Shown: positions 25,884 to 39,300 of the stretch, in pieces
Numbering within the stretch: position 1 is the stretch's first letter
How the letters are laid out: every line of letters starts with the position of its first letter
From: Rhizaria sp. SCN 62-66
Lineage: Eukaryota
Direction: 5' to 3'
DNA length: 64,000 nucleotides
Assembly: GCA_001724265.1 (NCBI GenBank)
Contig: MEDY01000108.1
Location: 1 to 64,000, forward strand
The notes under the pieces: model-generated
Told to the model about the DNA's origin: nothing
What the model saw: only the letters and a program-made list of their open reading frames with translations
Databases searched by the model: none
Program-made: the position numbers and the translations under genes

Positions 25884-28800
25884 ATGGCCACGTGCGTTCA
25901 CGCGAACGAGGTCAACGCGCCCCGCGCCGACTCTCTCGTACATAAGGACGAATGCTGCCAGTGCTTCGTCACCCCCAAGACGGCGGGCACGAACGGCCTC
26001 GGCGTCTGCCTGACGTGCTTCACTGGCGGCTGCGCGGGTCCCCAGCCCTCAGCGGCCTCCGTCGCCGACGCCGCCGTTACCGCCAGCGCGGGCTACGCGA
26101 CGGGTCACGCCGCGCGGCACTTCGCGGTCACCAAGCACCATGTCTACCTCTTCCACAAGCAGACTCAGGACGACTCAGCTGCCGCCAACTCTGCGAATAC
26201 GGTCACAGAACTCGCGGCCCTCGCGTCCGCGGAGCCCCCCGTGGTGGACACATACACGGCGCACTGCTTCACATGTGCGCTTGATCTTTCGCTGGATGCG
26301 GCTGTGAACCCGAAGCTCGCTGCCGCTGCGAATGCCATTAAGTCAGCCACTCCCGCCTCGGCCCCCGCTCCCACCACGTACGTCGCTCCACTTATCAAAA
26401 CATCACATTTGACGACATATATCGATACATAGGCGTGCAAAACTAAACAAATATGTTTATATAGATGATGATTTTATTATGATGTTAATTTTGACTCAGT
26501 TAAAGCTTATCTTCACCGTTTTTTTCAAATGTATTTTTGTTTTTTCGCATCTACAGTGACTTCTTCGGCGGGTCTGCCGAGCCCCCCGCGGCACCCTGCG
26601 AGCACACCCTGCTGCTCCCGGCGCTGCAGCAGTCCCAGGGCACGCTGCCCGACCTGTCGAACGCCAAGCTTGCCAAGTGCACTGATTGCGACCTGTGTCA
26701 GAACCTGTGGCTGTGTCTGACGTGCGGCAACCTCGGCTGCTCCCGGTATGTTTTCTCAATATTAACAACAAAGATAGCATACGATGTTTTTAAATCTGCA
26801 CCCTAAGATGTTTTGATATTATTTGTACTGTTTTGTTTAGTTTTGCTTTGAAATACGGTTATCTCTGTGGTCTATGTGTCTCTTTTGTGGCTTTGCCAAG
26901 AAACTAAAGTAACTAAACGAGCACTTGAACAACCAAGATCTTCACCTATTAATCTAAAACTAAATCACAACACCACAGTTACCATCTAACACATGATACT
27001 AATATTCTATTCAAATTTACATTTATTTCGCTGCGTATATTCATATATAGCCGCGACTACGACGGCTCCGGCGGCAACAACCACGCTGTCGACCACGCCA
27101 AATCCACCGGCCACTGTCTCGTCCTCAAGGCCGGCACCCTGTCCCCCGAGGGCACCGGCGACATCTGGTGCTACGACTGCGACAGCGCCGTCAAGGATGA
27201 CCAGCTCGAGGCGACGCTTGCGGCCTTCGGGATTTTGCTGAGTCAGCAGTCCAAGACGAGCAAGTCCATGGCCGAGGTTGCGATGGAGCGCAACTTGACC
27301 GCAACCTTCCAGTCCGTCCACGACCCTACGGGCAAAGAGCTCTCGCTGCTGTTCGGACCCGCGCTCACGGGCGTCGTCAACATCGGCAACTCGTGCTACA
27401 TGTCCTCCGTCGTGCAAAGTCTCGCCGCGTGTGGCAGCGTGCGCGCCCGCTACGGCGGACTCGCGGGGCTGGAACACCTGACCACGTGTCGCAACCAGCG
27501 CCCCGGCGCCTGCTATCTCTGCCAGCTTGCCAAGGTGTTTGTCGGGCTCGGAAGCGGCGTGTTTGCGCTGCCGCCCACAAGTGAAGCCGCTGCGGCTTAC
27601 ATTAAGGCTCAGCGCGCTACCCGTGATAAGTCTATTCACTGCAAGAGCGATGCCAACGCTGACGCTGCAGCTGCTGCGAATGGTAACGCGAACGATGATA
27701 GCTTTGTGGTCAGTGAGCCTGCTGCTAAGGTCTCCCGCCTCGCCACCGACACCGATGACAACATCAGTAGCGATCCTAACACGAGCCTCACTGGCTCTAC
27801 CAACGCTCCTGCGGCTGCTGCTGCTGTAGCAAGCAGTCACCCGGTGGTTGTGCAGCCTGGCGTCTCGCTGCGCGCCCTCAAGAAACTCTTCAGCGCGGGC
27901 AACGGCGACTTCTCGGGCAACGCGCAGCAGTGTGCGTACGAGTATCTGTGCCACGTCAAGGACAACATCACGCGCAGCTAGACCGCGCTCAAGGACCGCG
28001 GGTCGAACCCCATAGAGAGCTTCCTTTTTGCGACGTCGTCGCGTCTGCAGTGCCGCCAGTGCCGCGGGGTGCGGTACACCACTAGCAAGGCCAGCGACAT
28101 CGTGCTGCCGCTAAGTCAAGCCGCCATCGACCGTGAGCAGCAGCAGCTGCAGAACAGCAAGGACGCTGCGACGGCGACCAGTGCCCCCTCCTTGGATGTG
28201 AGTTTCGAGGAGTGCATGGCGACTTACGCGGACACGCAGTCGGTCGAGGGTTTCAATTGCTCCAAGTGCCTCACCAAAACCACGTCGGATGTATGTACCG
28301 GTCTAAGTACCCTGCCCGAGACGCTGGTGGTGCAGGTGAAGCGGTTTGGTCTTTTCAACTCGCAGTCATGGGTTCCCACGAAACTCATGACGAACATCAC
28401 CTTCAACGGCTGTGGTGGTCACGGGAACGGTCAGATGATGACTGACACCGATGCAGCCGTGGCTGCGGGCGCGACGCGCGCGAGCGGACTGGTGGACTGC
28501 GAGGGCTTTGTTCCCCCCGTCATCGATTTGGCGGCTTACATTCAGAGCGGCATCAAGGACGGCGAGGAGCTCCTGCCCGAGAGCAACGATTGCGCCGCCA
28601 ATAGTAAGCAGGCGGGGGGCCTGGCGGCGAAGATGGCTGCGGTCAGCGCAGACACGGTCGAGATGATCTGCGGCTTTACTGGTACGTTCAGTTCCTCTTT
28701 AAGATACTACTTTTGAATGCATATATAAAAGTGTAGCCTGCCTTGCTTTCGTCTCCCATCCATTGCATCCCGATATATTTTTCATGATTCTCTTGTTTCT

Positions 28801-29324
28801 CTTGCGTTTTTCTGTGCGCACCCCTAGGCATGGACGGCGACCGCGTGCGGTATGCACTCGTGCAGTGCGACAACGACGCCGACCGCGCCGCCGAGTGGCT
28901 TTTCTCCCATATGGATGATGTGATCAGCTACGACGATGGCAACGACTCTGCCGCCACCGTCGCTGGTGCTGCTGCTGGCGGTCCAAGTGCCTCTGGGGGT
29001 GCGCTGGGGTCGACTAAGTACCGCCTGCGGTCATTCATCTGCCACGAGGGGCGCTCGACGCTCAGCGGCCACTACGTCTGCTACAAGACGGCCACGGCCA
29101 CCACAAACAGCTTCAGCACCAACGTCAACGCTAACAACGCTCAGGACGCGGCAAGCTACGGCACGTATGCACTGAATTCGCACGCGAGTGACGAGGCGAC
29201 GGGCGCCGTGGCCGTTCCTGACGGCACCAAGCTTGGCTGGGTCTGTTTCAACGACCAGAAGGTGTTTCAGGCGGCGACCGCGCCGGTCGGCCAGGCGTAC
29301 ATCTACTTCTTCGAGCGCGTGTAA
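25884..29324 (+). CDS. USP5: Ubiquitin-specific protease USP5/USP13/Ubp14 (isopeptidase T). Exons 25884-26377, 26557-26745, 27051-28681, 28828-29324; one in-frame TAG at 27979-27981
   Basis: N-terminal ZnF (HKDECCQCF), ZnF-UBP (NLWLCLTCGNLGCSR..GGNNHAVDH..DIWCYDCD), Cys box GVVNIGNSCYMSSVVQ, UBA (ALVQCDNDADRAAEWLFSHMDD), His box ICHEGRSTLSGHYVCY, WVCFNDQKV. Ends TAA. Confidence 0.93.
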
Positions 29325-29507
29325 AGAGGGAAGGATATATCGGCGGTGTGTCCGTCTGTGTTGATGAATTTGTGGTGGCAGCGGAGTTCCATTGTTTATG
29401 TACTTTCATATGTTATTATATTGTGAATACAGTTTATCTTGATGCTCGTTGTCTCACTTTGTATTCTTCCTTTCGCTCATGTGGTTGCTGACATCAGCTA
29501 CCTCTAA

Positions 29508-30043
29508 ATGTACGTTCAAGCTTTACGTTAATCGCGCTCCATATCGATGTCAGCGGAGCTTATCTTAACTCACTAGGTTGATTCTCTTTTTCATTGCCTT
29601 ATAGGGCTGCTGCGGCTGGCAAGGTGTCGTTCAAGATCATTCTTGCGTCTGACCCCAAGCTCCCTTACAAGATGTACGTTCTACTCAAATCTTTCGGGAC
29701 AATCATAATCTCGATTTAACCAAGTTTCCTGTAATATTCACACTTCCAAGTTTGCGGAGCATCTTCTCATGTACTTTTATTTCTATAAATTCTGATCTTT
29801 GTGCTCAAATTCTCTTGTTTGTTTACCACCTCGAACAGCGTGAGCGTGCCCGACCAGGCCCCCTTCGCGGCCGTCGTCAAGTTCGCCGCGCAGCAGTTCT
29901 CCGTTCCTTCCGACACGTCCGCGATCATCACTCCCGACGGCGTGGGCGTGAGCACGAACCAGACTGCGCAGGAGGTATTTATGTCTTATGGCAGCGAGCT
30001 ACGGCTCATTCCGCGTGACCGCGTCGGCTCCGATGAGATCTGA
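29508..30043 (+). CDS. UFM1: Ubiquitin-fold modifier 1. Exons 29508-29509, 29605-29673, 29839-30043
   Basis: Spliced product [73 protein letters not shown]. Ends TGA. Confidence 0.96.
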
Positions 30044-30389
30044 ATCCACTACTTTTCTGAACAAAGAAGCACCTGTGTGTGATAGAAACGTCGAAATATA
30101 GTCTTGCAAGTGTGGTTACATGTTTTGATTTGATCTTGTATCATTCGAGTCAATTTTTATCCGCTCTAGTGTTTCAACTCAGACATCTAAACGTGGGCTT
30201 TAACGGCCAACATACGTGTTCTCTAGAATAAAACCCTTGTTTATTATCTGTTTTAAGTATTAATTATCGTATATATCAGTCTAAATATCGTTATTGTTCA
30301 TCTTCCATCTTTAACCGAAAAGACTCACAAATTTCATTGTGAAGTTGGGACTTAGCCACAATCAAGAATACGTTGCTGCAGCGAAATGC

Positions 30390-33300
30390 TCACTTGCCAT
30401 GCTTAAGCGCAGTCATCCGCTCCAGATTGCGCACGAGCGCGTCTAGATAGACTTCCTCCGCGGCCGCAGCAGTGCGCGACAGGAGAGGATCGCTCTCCTC
30501 GGCGAGAAGTAAAGCCGCCTCGTAGTCTGAGTACTCCCTTACATTTGCGGCGGCGCTACTCCCCGCAGCAGCAGCGTGGAGCTCTTGACTCGCGTTCTGT
30601 TGGGCGCGTGCGATGGGGTACTTAGACGGCGATGTAAGGTGCTGCTGGTTATGCGTACTTACGAACCTAGCGTTCCCATGACTGTGGCCGTGGCCGTGGC
30701 CGTGGCCGTCTTTGTTCGGTGTCAGGGTGACTGTGAGGCCCTTGGACGCGTAAGAACCAGCGTTACCATTTAGACGCGCGGCGCTAGCGTGGTTATGATG
30801 GTCATCGTTCACATCTAAGGGGTCGTTATAGTCGTCGATGTAAGTACTGAACGACTCGCGGCGCGCACGGTGCCCCTTAGATCCGATGATGCCGCCTTCG
30901 CTCGCACTTGCGCGGGGCTTGACACTTACATTCGCGGCAGTATTGACACCACGCTTAACCGTGTTGGTGGCGTTGACACGAGCAGCATTACCACTTACAT
31001 TCCTCGCAGCAGCAGTACTTGCATGAGCACTGCTAGGACGAGCGCTGACCGACTTGCTGCGACTGCTGTTGTTATCGATGTTAGTATTGTTGTAAGTGTT
31101 GCTGTGCGTGTTGATGCGGGCAGTGCTGGGCCCGGTGACGCCCTTAGGGACTGCAGCTGCGCCCTGAGACGGCTGCTGCTGCTGTCGTTGTTGCTGAGTA
31201 ACAACAACAGAAGATAAAGCCGGGACTACAAGTTTGCGGGACACACCACGAGCACTCGCACTAGCATTAGCATGAGCATTAGTATGAGCGTTATTACCGC
31301 GACCACTTGCCCCACGACTGTTCGCAGTCGTGCGAGAATGAGCGTTGGCGTTGTTGTTGGGAATGAGGCCGTACATATCGCTCTCCGCCTTGATAGCCCG
31401 CTGCAACAGCACTGCTAAAGCCTTGAACGCGCTCTCACCGTCGCCGCCGCCACTTACACTGCGTTGAGGCGTACTTACACCCTTCGCTGTCTTCACAGCG
31501 CCAGACGCAGCCGAGGTACCGACACCAGGCTTATTCTGTGATGTTTGCTGCGGCTGAGGGGCGCTTAGATTGCCTTCCCAGCGTGACAGCCGGCTCGCAA
31601 GCTTCTGCTTGAGGGTACTGAGCGCGACGGACCGCGGCGGCATCGGTGTGAGGGTCCTCTCCTGCTCGCGGTCACTGCCTTCACGATACCACAACAGTCC
31701 GAACAACTCGTCCGGCACAATGCTGTCGCGCACTTCAGTGAAGTTGTAGCCGACGCGCCGGATGCGGCCTGAGTTCTTGAGGTGCGCGAGCGACTCTAAA
31801 GTTAAGCCGTCCTTGCACAGGAGGTCGAGAACGGGCATGAGTAGGCCGCCACCGCGCGGGCCGTACGGAGGGGCGGAAGTTAAGCCGCACTGATCTTCCA
31901 GTAAACGCGTATTACCCGCGCTGGAACTGAGGCTAGAGCGACCGAGACCACAACGCGAGCTTGACACAGTGAAAGCAGAGCCAGAACTGGAGCCAGTGTT
32001 AGATCCAGAGCTAAAACCGTGATTGTTGTTGCTGTTAGAAGCGTATTGGCGGCAGCAGCAGAGAGAAAGCAAAGAAAGACGTGCCTTCTCGCGGCGTTGG
32101 TGCATCACGATGTGGTGGAGCACCTTAGCCCGCCTAAGTACCTCCTTGTCCTCGGCCTTGTGTCTAAGTACCCGCGCGCGGCGGGTAAGTAAGCGGCGCA
32201 TGCGGGGACACTTACACTCCTCGGGGTAAGTGTCTGCAGAGTCTGTGTCAGCATGTGAACCATGTGTTCCTTTGTTATAACTGTTATAAGCGAGGGAACA
32301 AATGAGTGTGAGGTCCTTGCTGTCAGCCGGAATACCTTCTAACGCACACTGCTCACAGTCACCTGTCGCAGCCTGCTCGTGGGCAGCATGCTCACAGCCA
32401 CTGATGTCGACGGCGTCGTCACAGTCGTCGTTGTCGCTGTAAATGTCGTCGGCATCGTCGTCGTCGTCGTCGTCGTCTTCATCGTCACTCTGGTAGCTGA
32501 CACAGTCATACTCAGAATCACCAAAAAGGACTGAGAAAACGCTCCTAGTGTACGCATTCTTGCTCTTTTTAGCGTTGTTGCGACTGTCTACAGCAGCGAC
32601 CTGTGACTGAGCCGTGCGTAGATGTGAGAACGGACATTCGTCGAAGTGCGGCCTATGTAAAAGCGCCTGCTCAAGCTGGCCCCAAACAACGTTGTCACTC
32701 ACAATACTCGCAGTGTTGTTCGTGCTAGCAGCAATGTGAGTCATGCTCTGGCCGTCGATGCTTTCATTGGAGCTGCTAGGAAGTGAAAGAGCGGCAGCTT
32801 CAGCCTCAGTGATGCCGTAAACGACAAAACCGTCTCTTTCGTGAGCGTAATCATCCGCGTTTTTGTTCTGGAAATAGCTTCGAGACGCGATCAACCGGCG
32901 GGACTTCGTCAGCATTCGCTTCATTTGACCGTGGTCACTGCTCCACACATGCAGCAGCCCCCCTCCACTTACAGCGGAGGCGCTTACACCAGCACCAGCT
33001 CCCGCGCCAGTTCCAGGTTTAGCCGCCCCATAGGTACTTAGACTCGACGGCGACGCGTACAGTGCGAGGATCTTTGTCGCGCGCAGCGGCGCAAAGGGGT
33101 CAAGCTCACTCAGCAAACTGTCAGTGTAAGTGGCCAAGGTGCCGGCCACGGCCCCAGGCACGTCGTCAAGCTTCAGTGAGAGTAAGGTAGTGTTTGCGGA
33201 GAGCAACGTGACTGCCGCGTCAACGGCGGCCGCGTCTGCGCCGTTGTTGCGGATGTCAAGCGCCAACAACCACTGGTCGGCAGTGAGAGTGGTGAGCAAG

Positions 33301-35951
33301 TTGGCCAACCCGGCGTCTCCGAGTGCGTTGTGCGATAAATCCAGCGAAAGCAGGCCTTGCGATGACAACACACGAGTCAGCGCCGCGTCAGCTTGCTCGG
33401 AAGCGCTCTTCTGCTGCTGCTGAGCTGCGCTGCCGCTCGCGCCGCTACCCTTAGGCGGCGAGGAAGTCGTAAGAACCCCCTTAGAGGAAGTCGTAAGGAC
33501 CCCCTTAGAATTGCGCAGCGAAGCCCTCCAGCGGTACTCCTCCCTACGCTGCGCCTGTGCCTCGAGGAAGCGGCTTAACATAAAGACGCACTGGGGGCCC
33601 AGGTTGCACTCACTAAAGGCCACATGGTTGACTGAGAGAGTCGCAAGCGCGTCCAGCAGCAACTGCAGCGTGGCCAAAGTTAGGCCGCCGCAGCGGCGGA
33701 GGTAAAAGACCCTGAGGTTGACGGTGTGCTTGAGGTACTTAGCTAGGGAGGTCCACGCCGCGGTTGTAAGGGTCACGGAGCGAAGCTCTAAGTGGCGCAG
33801 TGTAAGGGGGTGCGTGCCGAGCACACGTGGGACTAAGTGGCAGACGGCGACGGAGCGCTCACGGTCACTTAGATCGTCGGGACTGCCGCCTTTAGTCAGG
33901 GAAGTGCTGAGATTACCGGCAGGCTTATTCTGACTAGCGCTGTTGTTGTTGTAGCTCTCGTTGTTGTTGCCGCCAGTGAGCGCGGGATCCAAGGGGCTGG
34001 CGGTACTTAGACGAAAAACAGTGAGTCCAGGCAGCTTAAGCGCGGCAAGAGTCAGCACTTCAAGCATAGGGCGGCTTAACTTTGACACATCCGCAATCCA
34101 CTGGTGGTGCGACAGGTACCGGAAAAAGACCGTGTTGCGAATCTTGGTGTACAGCCTGTGCTGCGCGATGCCTGCGTCAGTCAAAGCTGAGAGGAAGTTA
34201 AGCCGCGGCTTGAGATCGGAACGCGTGCGGGACGAGTCACCGGTGACTGCAGAGGTACTCAGCCTGCTGTTGTTGTTGCTTTTGTTTGTGATGTTATTTT
34301 TAGACGGGGGCGTGGTGTTAGTGAGCTCAGCATATGCCTTGAGGATCAAAGCACGTGTTTTGTCATCGTTGACTGAAACGCCACCAGTCGCACTGCCGCT
34401 GTTGGTAAATAGCAAAGCGTCTAGAACAGCCTTGATGTCGTTGTTTGCCTTGCTAGCGCCAGTGCTATTGTTGTTGGCAGTACTGACATCGGAGAGTGAC
34501 GTGATCGGCTTGGGAGGGTAGAAAGTGGGTGTAAGTACGCCGGACGCGGCCTGACTTTTGCTAGACTTGATGCCGGAAGCTTGGCTTCCACCAGTGCGAG
34601 CCTTTTCACGGGCAATAATGGCAGCAGTAGCGGCCTTAGCATCGGCCTTGGCCTTGGCCTCAGCAGCCTCAGCCTCAGCCTGTAGTCGAGACAAACACAA
34701 AATGACAAATTTGGCAAAGAATGCAAATGTACAGATGAGCTGGGTTTTAAAAACACCATAAAAACAGCCAATAATCCAATAAATATTTAGTTTTACACTA
34801 AAAATAGTGAAAAAGGAACATGAATATTGTTAAAATGCACTTTACTAGTTACAACATACTTCTCCGGGCCTCATCGTGAGGGCCGTTTTGATCACAAGCG
34901 GCCTCGCTTGGACCGGCCGCTCCTGGCCCACAATGCCGCAGCCGGGGTTGTTGTAGCTGGACCCACCGGCACTTGCGCTACTGGTGTTGTTGTTGTAGTA
35001 CGCGGCAAATGTGCTGGGACCGAACGCGTTGTGAAACGCGATATCCTCAGCGGTAGTTCCGAAAAACTCCCCTGCGCCCGCCTGCTCGCAGTCGCCGTGC
35101 GCTGTATACAGCCGCATCTGGTGGTCAATCGTAGCCATGGCGGTGATCGCGGCTAGCCGCCGCTGCTGGCGTTGTTTGCGGCGCTGCTCGCGCTGTTTAA
35201 CCCGTAAATGCAGCTGCGAGTAGTCGATGTGGTACTTAGACAGCACGCGCGCCGCGTGCGCCTGCTCGCGGGTAAGGACCCCGGCGCCGTCGGAAGTTAG
35301 GCCGCCGTCACCTCCGCCCTTAGAGATGCTGGCAGAGGGCAGGGGCAGGTGGAGCAGCTTGGCGAGAGAGTCTAAGCACCACTCAGAGCTCCCCGCCTCT
35401 TCATTATGACTGCTATTACTGTCGCCGTCAGCGGCGTTGTCGCCGGTGAGGCTGCTGGTAGCGCGGTTCTTGTTGGCTGCAGCAGTAGCAGCGCTGATGT
35501 TTGAGGTGGATTTGGTCTTGTTGTTGTGGTTGAGCAAGTGTGAGGCTTGAGTGAGATCACGGGTCAGACCTTCGTCCTCAGTCTCGTCTCCATTGCCCTG
35601 CCCATTCCCGCCACCGGCAGCAGTCGACGCGTTGTTGTCGCTGCAAACGGCGGCAGCAAAGGGCGACACCTGCTGCGCGTACGCCGGCGGAGCGCAGTAG
35701 GGCGCTGTGGGGCCGTAGATGGCCGTGGCAGCGGCGGCGCCAGTGTTCCACACAGCCCTGGCCACAGCGTTCACAGTCGGGGGCTTGTGCTCGGTCTGTT
35801 TCGCGGGGTAGTCGCCGCTGGGCACAAACGGGGTGTCGGCCGCGGTGGAAAAAAGCCCCGGGGTAGTAGCAAAGGTCGCGCGGGACCCAGGGTGCGGCGC
35901 GGGGGGCTGCGAGTGCCAGGCGGCGAGCGCGGGCGGTGGGAGCGAGGTCAT
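30390..35951 (-). CDS. CEP78: CEP78-like centriolar LRR protein. Exons ~35951-34860 and 34679-30390; true start uncertain
   Basis: LRR block VAFSECNLG..QAQRREEYRWRASLR..GLLSLDLSHNALGDAG..ADQWLLALDIRNNG..NTTLLSL matches the remembered CEP78 signature (RRHEETWAESLR..EDLWLRALDL..NTTL). Ends TGA. Confidence 0.75.
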
Positions 35952-36322
35952 CGGGCACGATCACCGGGATATCTCTATAGAACAAGGCGCTGCGAAAACA
36001 TAATTAAAATAGATAGTATATTAGTACATATATTTAAAATAATGCTTTGTAGACGTTTAGTTTGACGATTATATATGAAGGTCAAAAGGCGGGAAGATGA
36101 ACCAAGTTTGAAAATTAAAGAGCCGTTGAGACTTGCCGCTCGTCCGGTCTGTTGAGACCCTCTCGGCCACATGAGACACATCATTGCATATCTTGACCAA
36201 ATATATATAGTATATAACTTGTGAATTCACAGCATTCTATTTATTGTACATATTCTAATACCATAAAGTTGGATTTCAACTTATAGTAATATATCAAAAC
36301 AAGATATCGACTTAAATGTGCG

Positions 36323-39300
36323 TTAATGCCGCGCATGCGGAGGAAGAGGAGGCAGCGGTATCGTAGGCCGTTTAAGCACAGACACTGGTTGTGAGCCCTG
36401 CTGCGGTGAGACTGGACGTGAACCAAGTGCCTTAGTGTCAGGCGTTTGTGAGCTCCTGCTCGTGAATCCATGAGCTTGCTGCCGCGACAGCCGCGGCTGA
36501 TGCGACTGCTGCGGCTGACCTGACTGCTGTTGCTGTTGTAGTTTCGAGACTTCATGATGCTGATGCTGCTGCAACTGCTGCTGCTAATCGTACGTGCTAC
36601 AATTGCGCTGAGCTTGCTGCTTTAGCAAGATTGAAGATGATGTTAACACCTTGCTGCAGTGTGAGATCGCATCGTTCGACTGTGAAAGCGGAATCAAAGA
36701 CGATGATGACTGTAGCGATGCGCAAAATTGCGAATCAACGTTAGCCGCGTTGTGAATAACTGTGCTACTCACACCAGTGCTCAAATTATTGTTGTTTGCG
36801 TCTAAATTGATGCTATCAGTGCTTTGTGTAGCGTTGGTGCGTGTGTGGGCGCTCTGGGGAATGATCGGCAGCAAGTATGAGTCGAAAGGCAGCGTCTCGT
36901 TGCAATCAAACGTGGCACTGTTTAGTTGTGCACTTGCATCGTCAAAATGCACGCATTTATCCTTCGCGGCACCACTGTTAGTTGCCGAGCTAACGTGGTT
37001 GTTGTTATTGCTGACGTTAGTGTGGTTATGATCAGTAGTTGCAATGATTTTCTGGCCGTTAGCAGTGCTACAATGTGCTTTGCTGTGAGCTGCGTTGTCG
37101 TCGCCGCTCGCAATGTCATTAACAATGTTTTCGCTGTCTTCGTCGTCGCCACTAAAGTTAGCATCATCGCTATTGCAATCGCTCCCGTTTTCACCGACGC
37201 TGCTCTCATCATCACAGGCGCTGTCAACGCCATCATCATGAGCAACCGTGTGGGTGATTTTGTTGTCGTTTCTGCTAACTCTAGTCGTATCACTCGCGGC
37301 TTTGTTCTCAGGAGCAGTTGTACTGGCTGCGAAGTAGTTGCTGCAAATGATGTGACTATAATGCTGGACAGAGTCAACGCTGGCTGTGCTCGAATCGCAC
37401 TGCATACCTGGGGCAAGTTGATTGTTAACGCTATTGCTTGCCTTTAAGACGCTATCTGTGATAAGGTCGAAACTCAAACTCGAATCACTAATTTCTCTCG
37501 TATCAAACGTGCTACGAGTTACTGCGTTCGCCGCAACTAAAGTCGGAAACAATTTGCTCGCTTGCTGTTGTTGCTGCTGCTGTTGCATATGCTCTTGTTG
37601 TTGATGCAGTTGCTGACACCTATGTTTCTGCTCACAGTCACGTTGCTGCTGCTGTGTATCCTCAAGTTGCCGCTGCAACTTTGGCTGCTATCCTGATTGT
37701 GATCGCAAGTTTGCTTGTGCATGCATGTACGCGTGCGACTTTGAGTTACAGGCAGGCGGTTTCACAACTTGTTGGTACTTGGACTCCGTCACACGATCGA
37801 ACACCGAACTTTCGCAAGCACTGGCATCGGGTTTTGTGATATTACTCTTTGTCTCTCTCTCTTTCACTGACGACAACGCTACTGCTACTTGTGTTGATGT
37901 AGCTGGCGCTGTGGCTGTTGCTGTTGCTGTAGCTGTTGATGCAACTGATGCAAGAGGCTTAGACGTGCGAAGCTCACTGGCGCCTGTAAGCCCCACCTTA
38001 GCCAGCAACGGTGTCGCTACCTTAAGCTGATATGTAAGTATCTCTTGCATTAAATCAGGCCGCCCCCTTAGCCTCTCTTGTGCCCTCGCCCACAGCTACG
38101 GCACTGCCCGCAACGCTTTTTTGATGTCAAGCCGCTTCTGCGGCAGCTTCTCGAGCATGCCACTAACAACGCCCCTGAGTCGCTCTGAGTACCCTGGATG
38201 TAAAGGTCGCGGCTTGCCTTTGATTATCTTGATTGCAAGCGCAGGCAGCGATGCGGCACGGAAAGGGCGCTTTAACTGCAAGATCTCGTATGCAATTACG
38301 CCCAGTGCCCAAACGTCTGATGGGAAAGAGTATGGCTGCCCCTTGATGACCTCTGGCGACAAGTAGTACGGAGTGCCAATGCGAGTCAGGGCCAGTGCGG
38401 CTGTCGCTGCGAGCGGGCGAGATACGCCGAAATCACCGATCAACAAAGTCAAGCCGCTCTGCGATATGACGGAGTCACCCTGCTGCAAAACTGAGTCGCC
38501 ATCGGGAGCGGCTGTATCTGGACTCTTGTGACAGGAGCACGTGCAGCCGTTGCTGTTGTTGTCGTTACGTGTGTCACTGTTAGCGCTCTTGTTGTGCTCA
38601 CACTGTGGAACCTTTGCAACGTCCTCCGTCTCAATCGTGATTTTAGCGGCATTGGCAATGCTGTTATTGTCACTATGATCATAGCTTGCAAGAGTCTCTG
38701 GACGGATAGGGTTTGGGGTTAGAGTTTCGTTCGAAGTTAGATGCGGCAAGTGTACCACCGACGAAAAAACAGCTTGCCTGTGGTCAGCAGAAACGCTGCT
38801 GCTGTGAGTGGCTTGACTTTGAGGTAGATCGTAGTAACTCGGACCAGCGGTTGCATCGAACGTGTCCGCGACAGAAGTGTGTGAGTTATTATGTTGACCG
38901 ATGTTAATGCTGCTTGTATCGGCAGTGCTGGTGGCTGGCGGCAGCGACCACTGCTTGCGTCGACGAACAGTCAACTGCGGTGCCGGCGACTGTGATTGCA
39001 ATTGGGACTGCAACTGCTGGTGTGACTGCGGAAGCGTTGGCAACGGTGACATTAATGGCAGTGCATGCGATGACAATGATGGCGCTGCAAGCTTAGGTGC
39101 TGTTGTTGAAGCTGCCGCTGCTGTTGGCGCTGCTCCAAGCTCTATCTGATCAACACTTGTGCGTTGTGGTTGCGGCAGCTGCTGCTGCTTTTGCTTTGTG
39201 CAGCCACACTTGGAGCAACTTACAGCGACTAACTGCACATCGTTGGGTGGCTGTGACTGGGACTGCAACTTAGACACGCAATCAGCACCCGCCAGGCTGG

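Noticed and set aside
35952-36330. NEK and CEP78-like ORFs as one fused gene
   Set aside because: The NEK frame ends in TAA at 36323-25 with no GT donor nearby and is followed by AT-rich UTR-like sequence. Treated as two genes.
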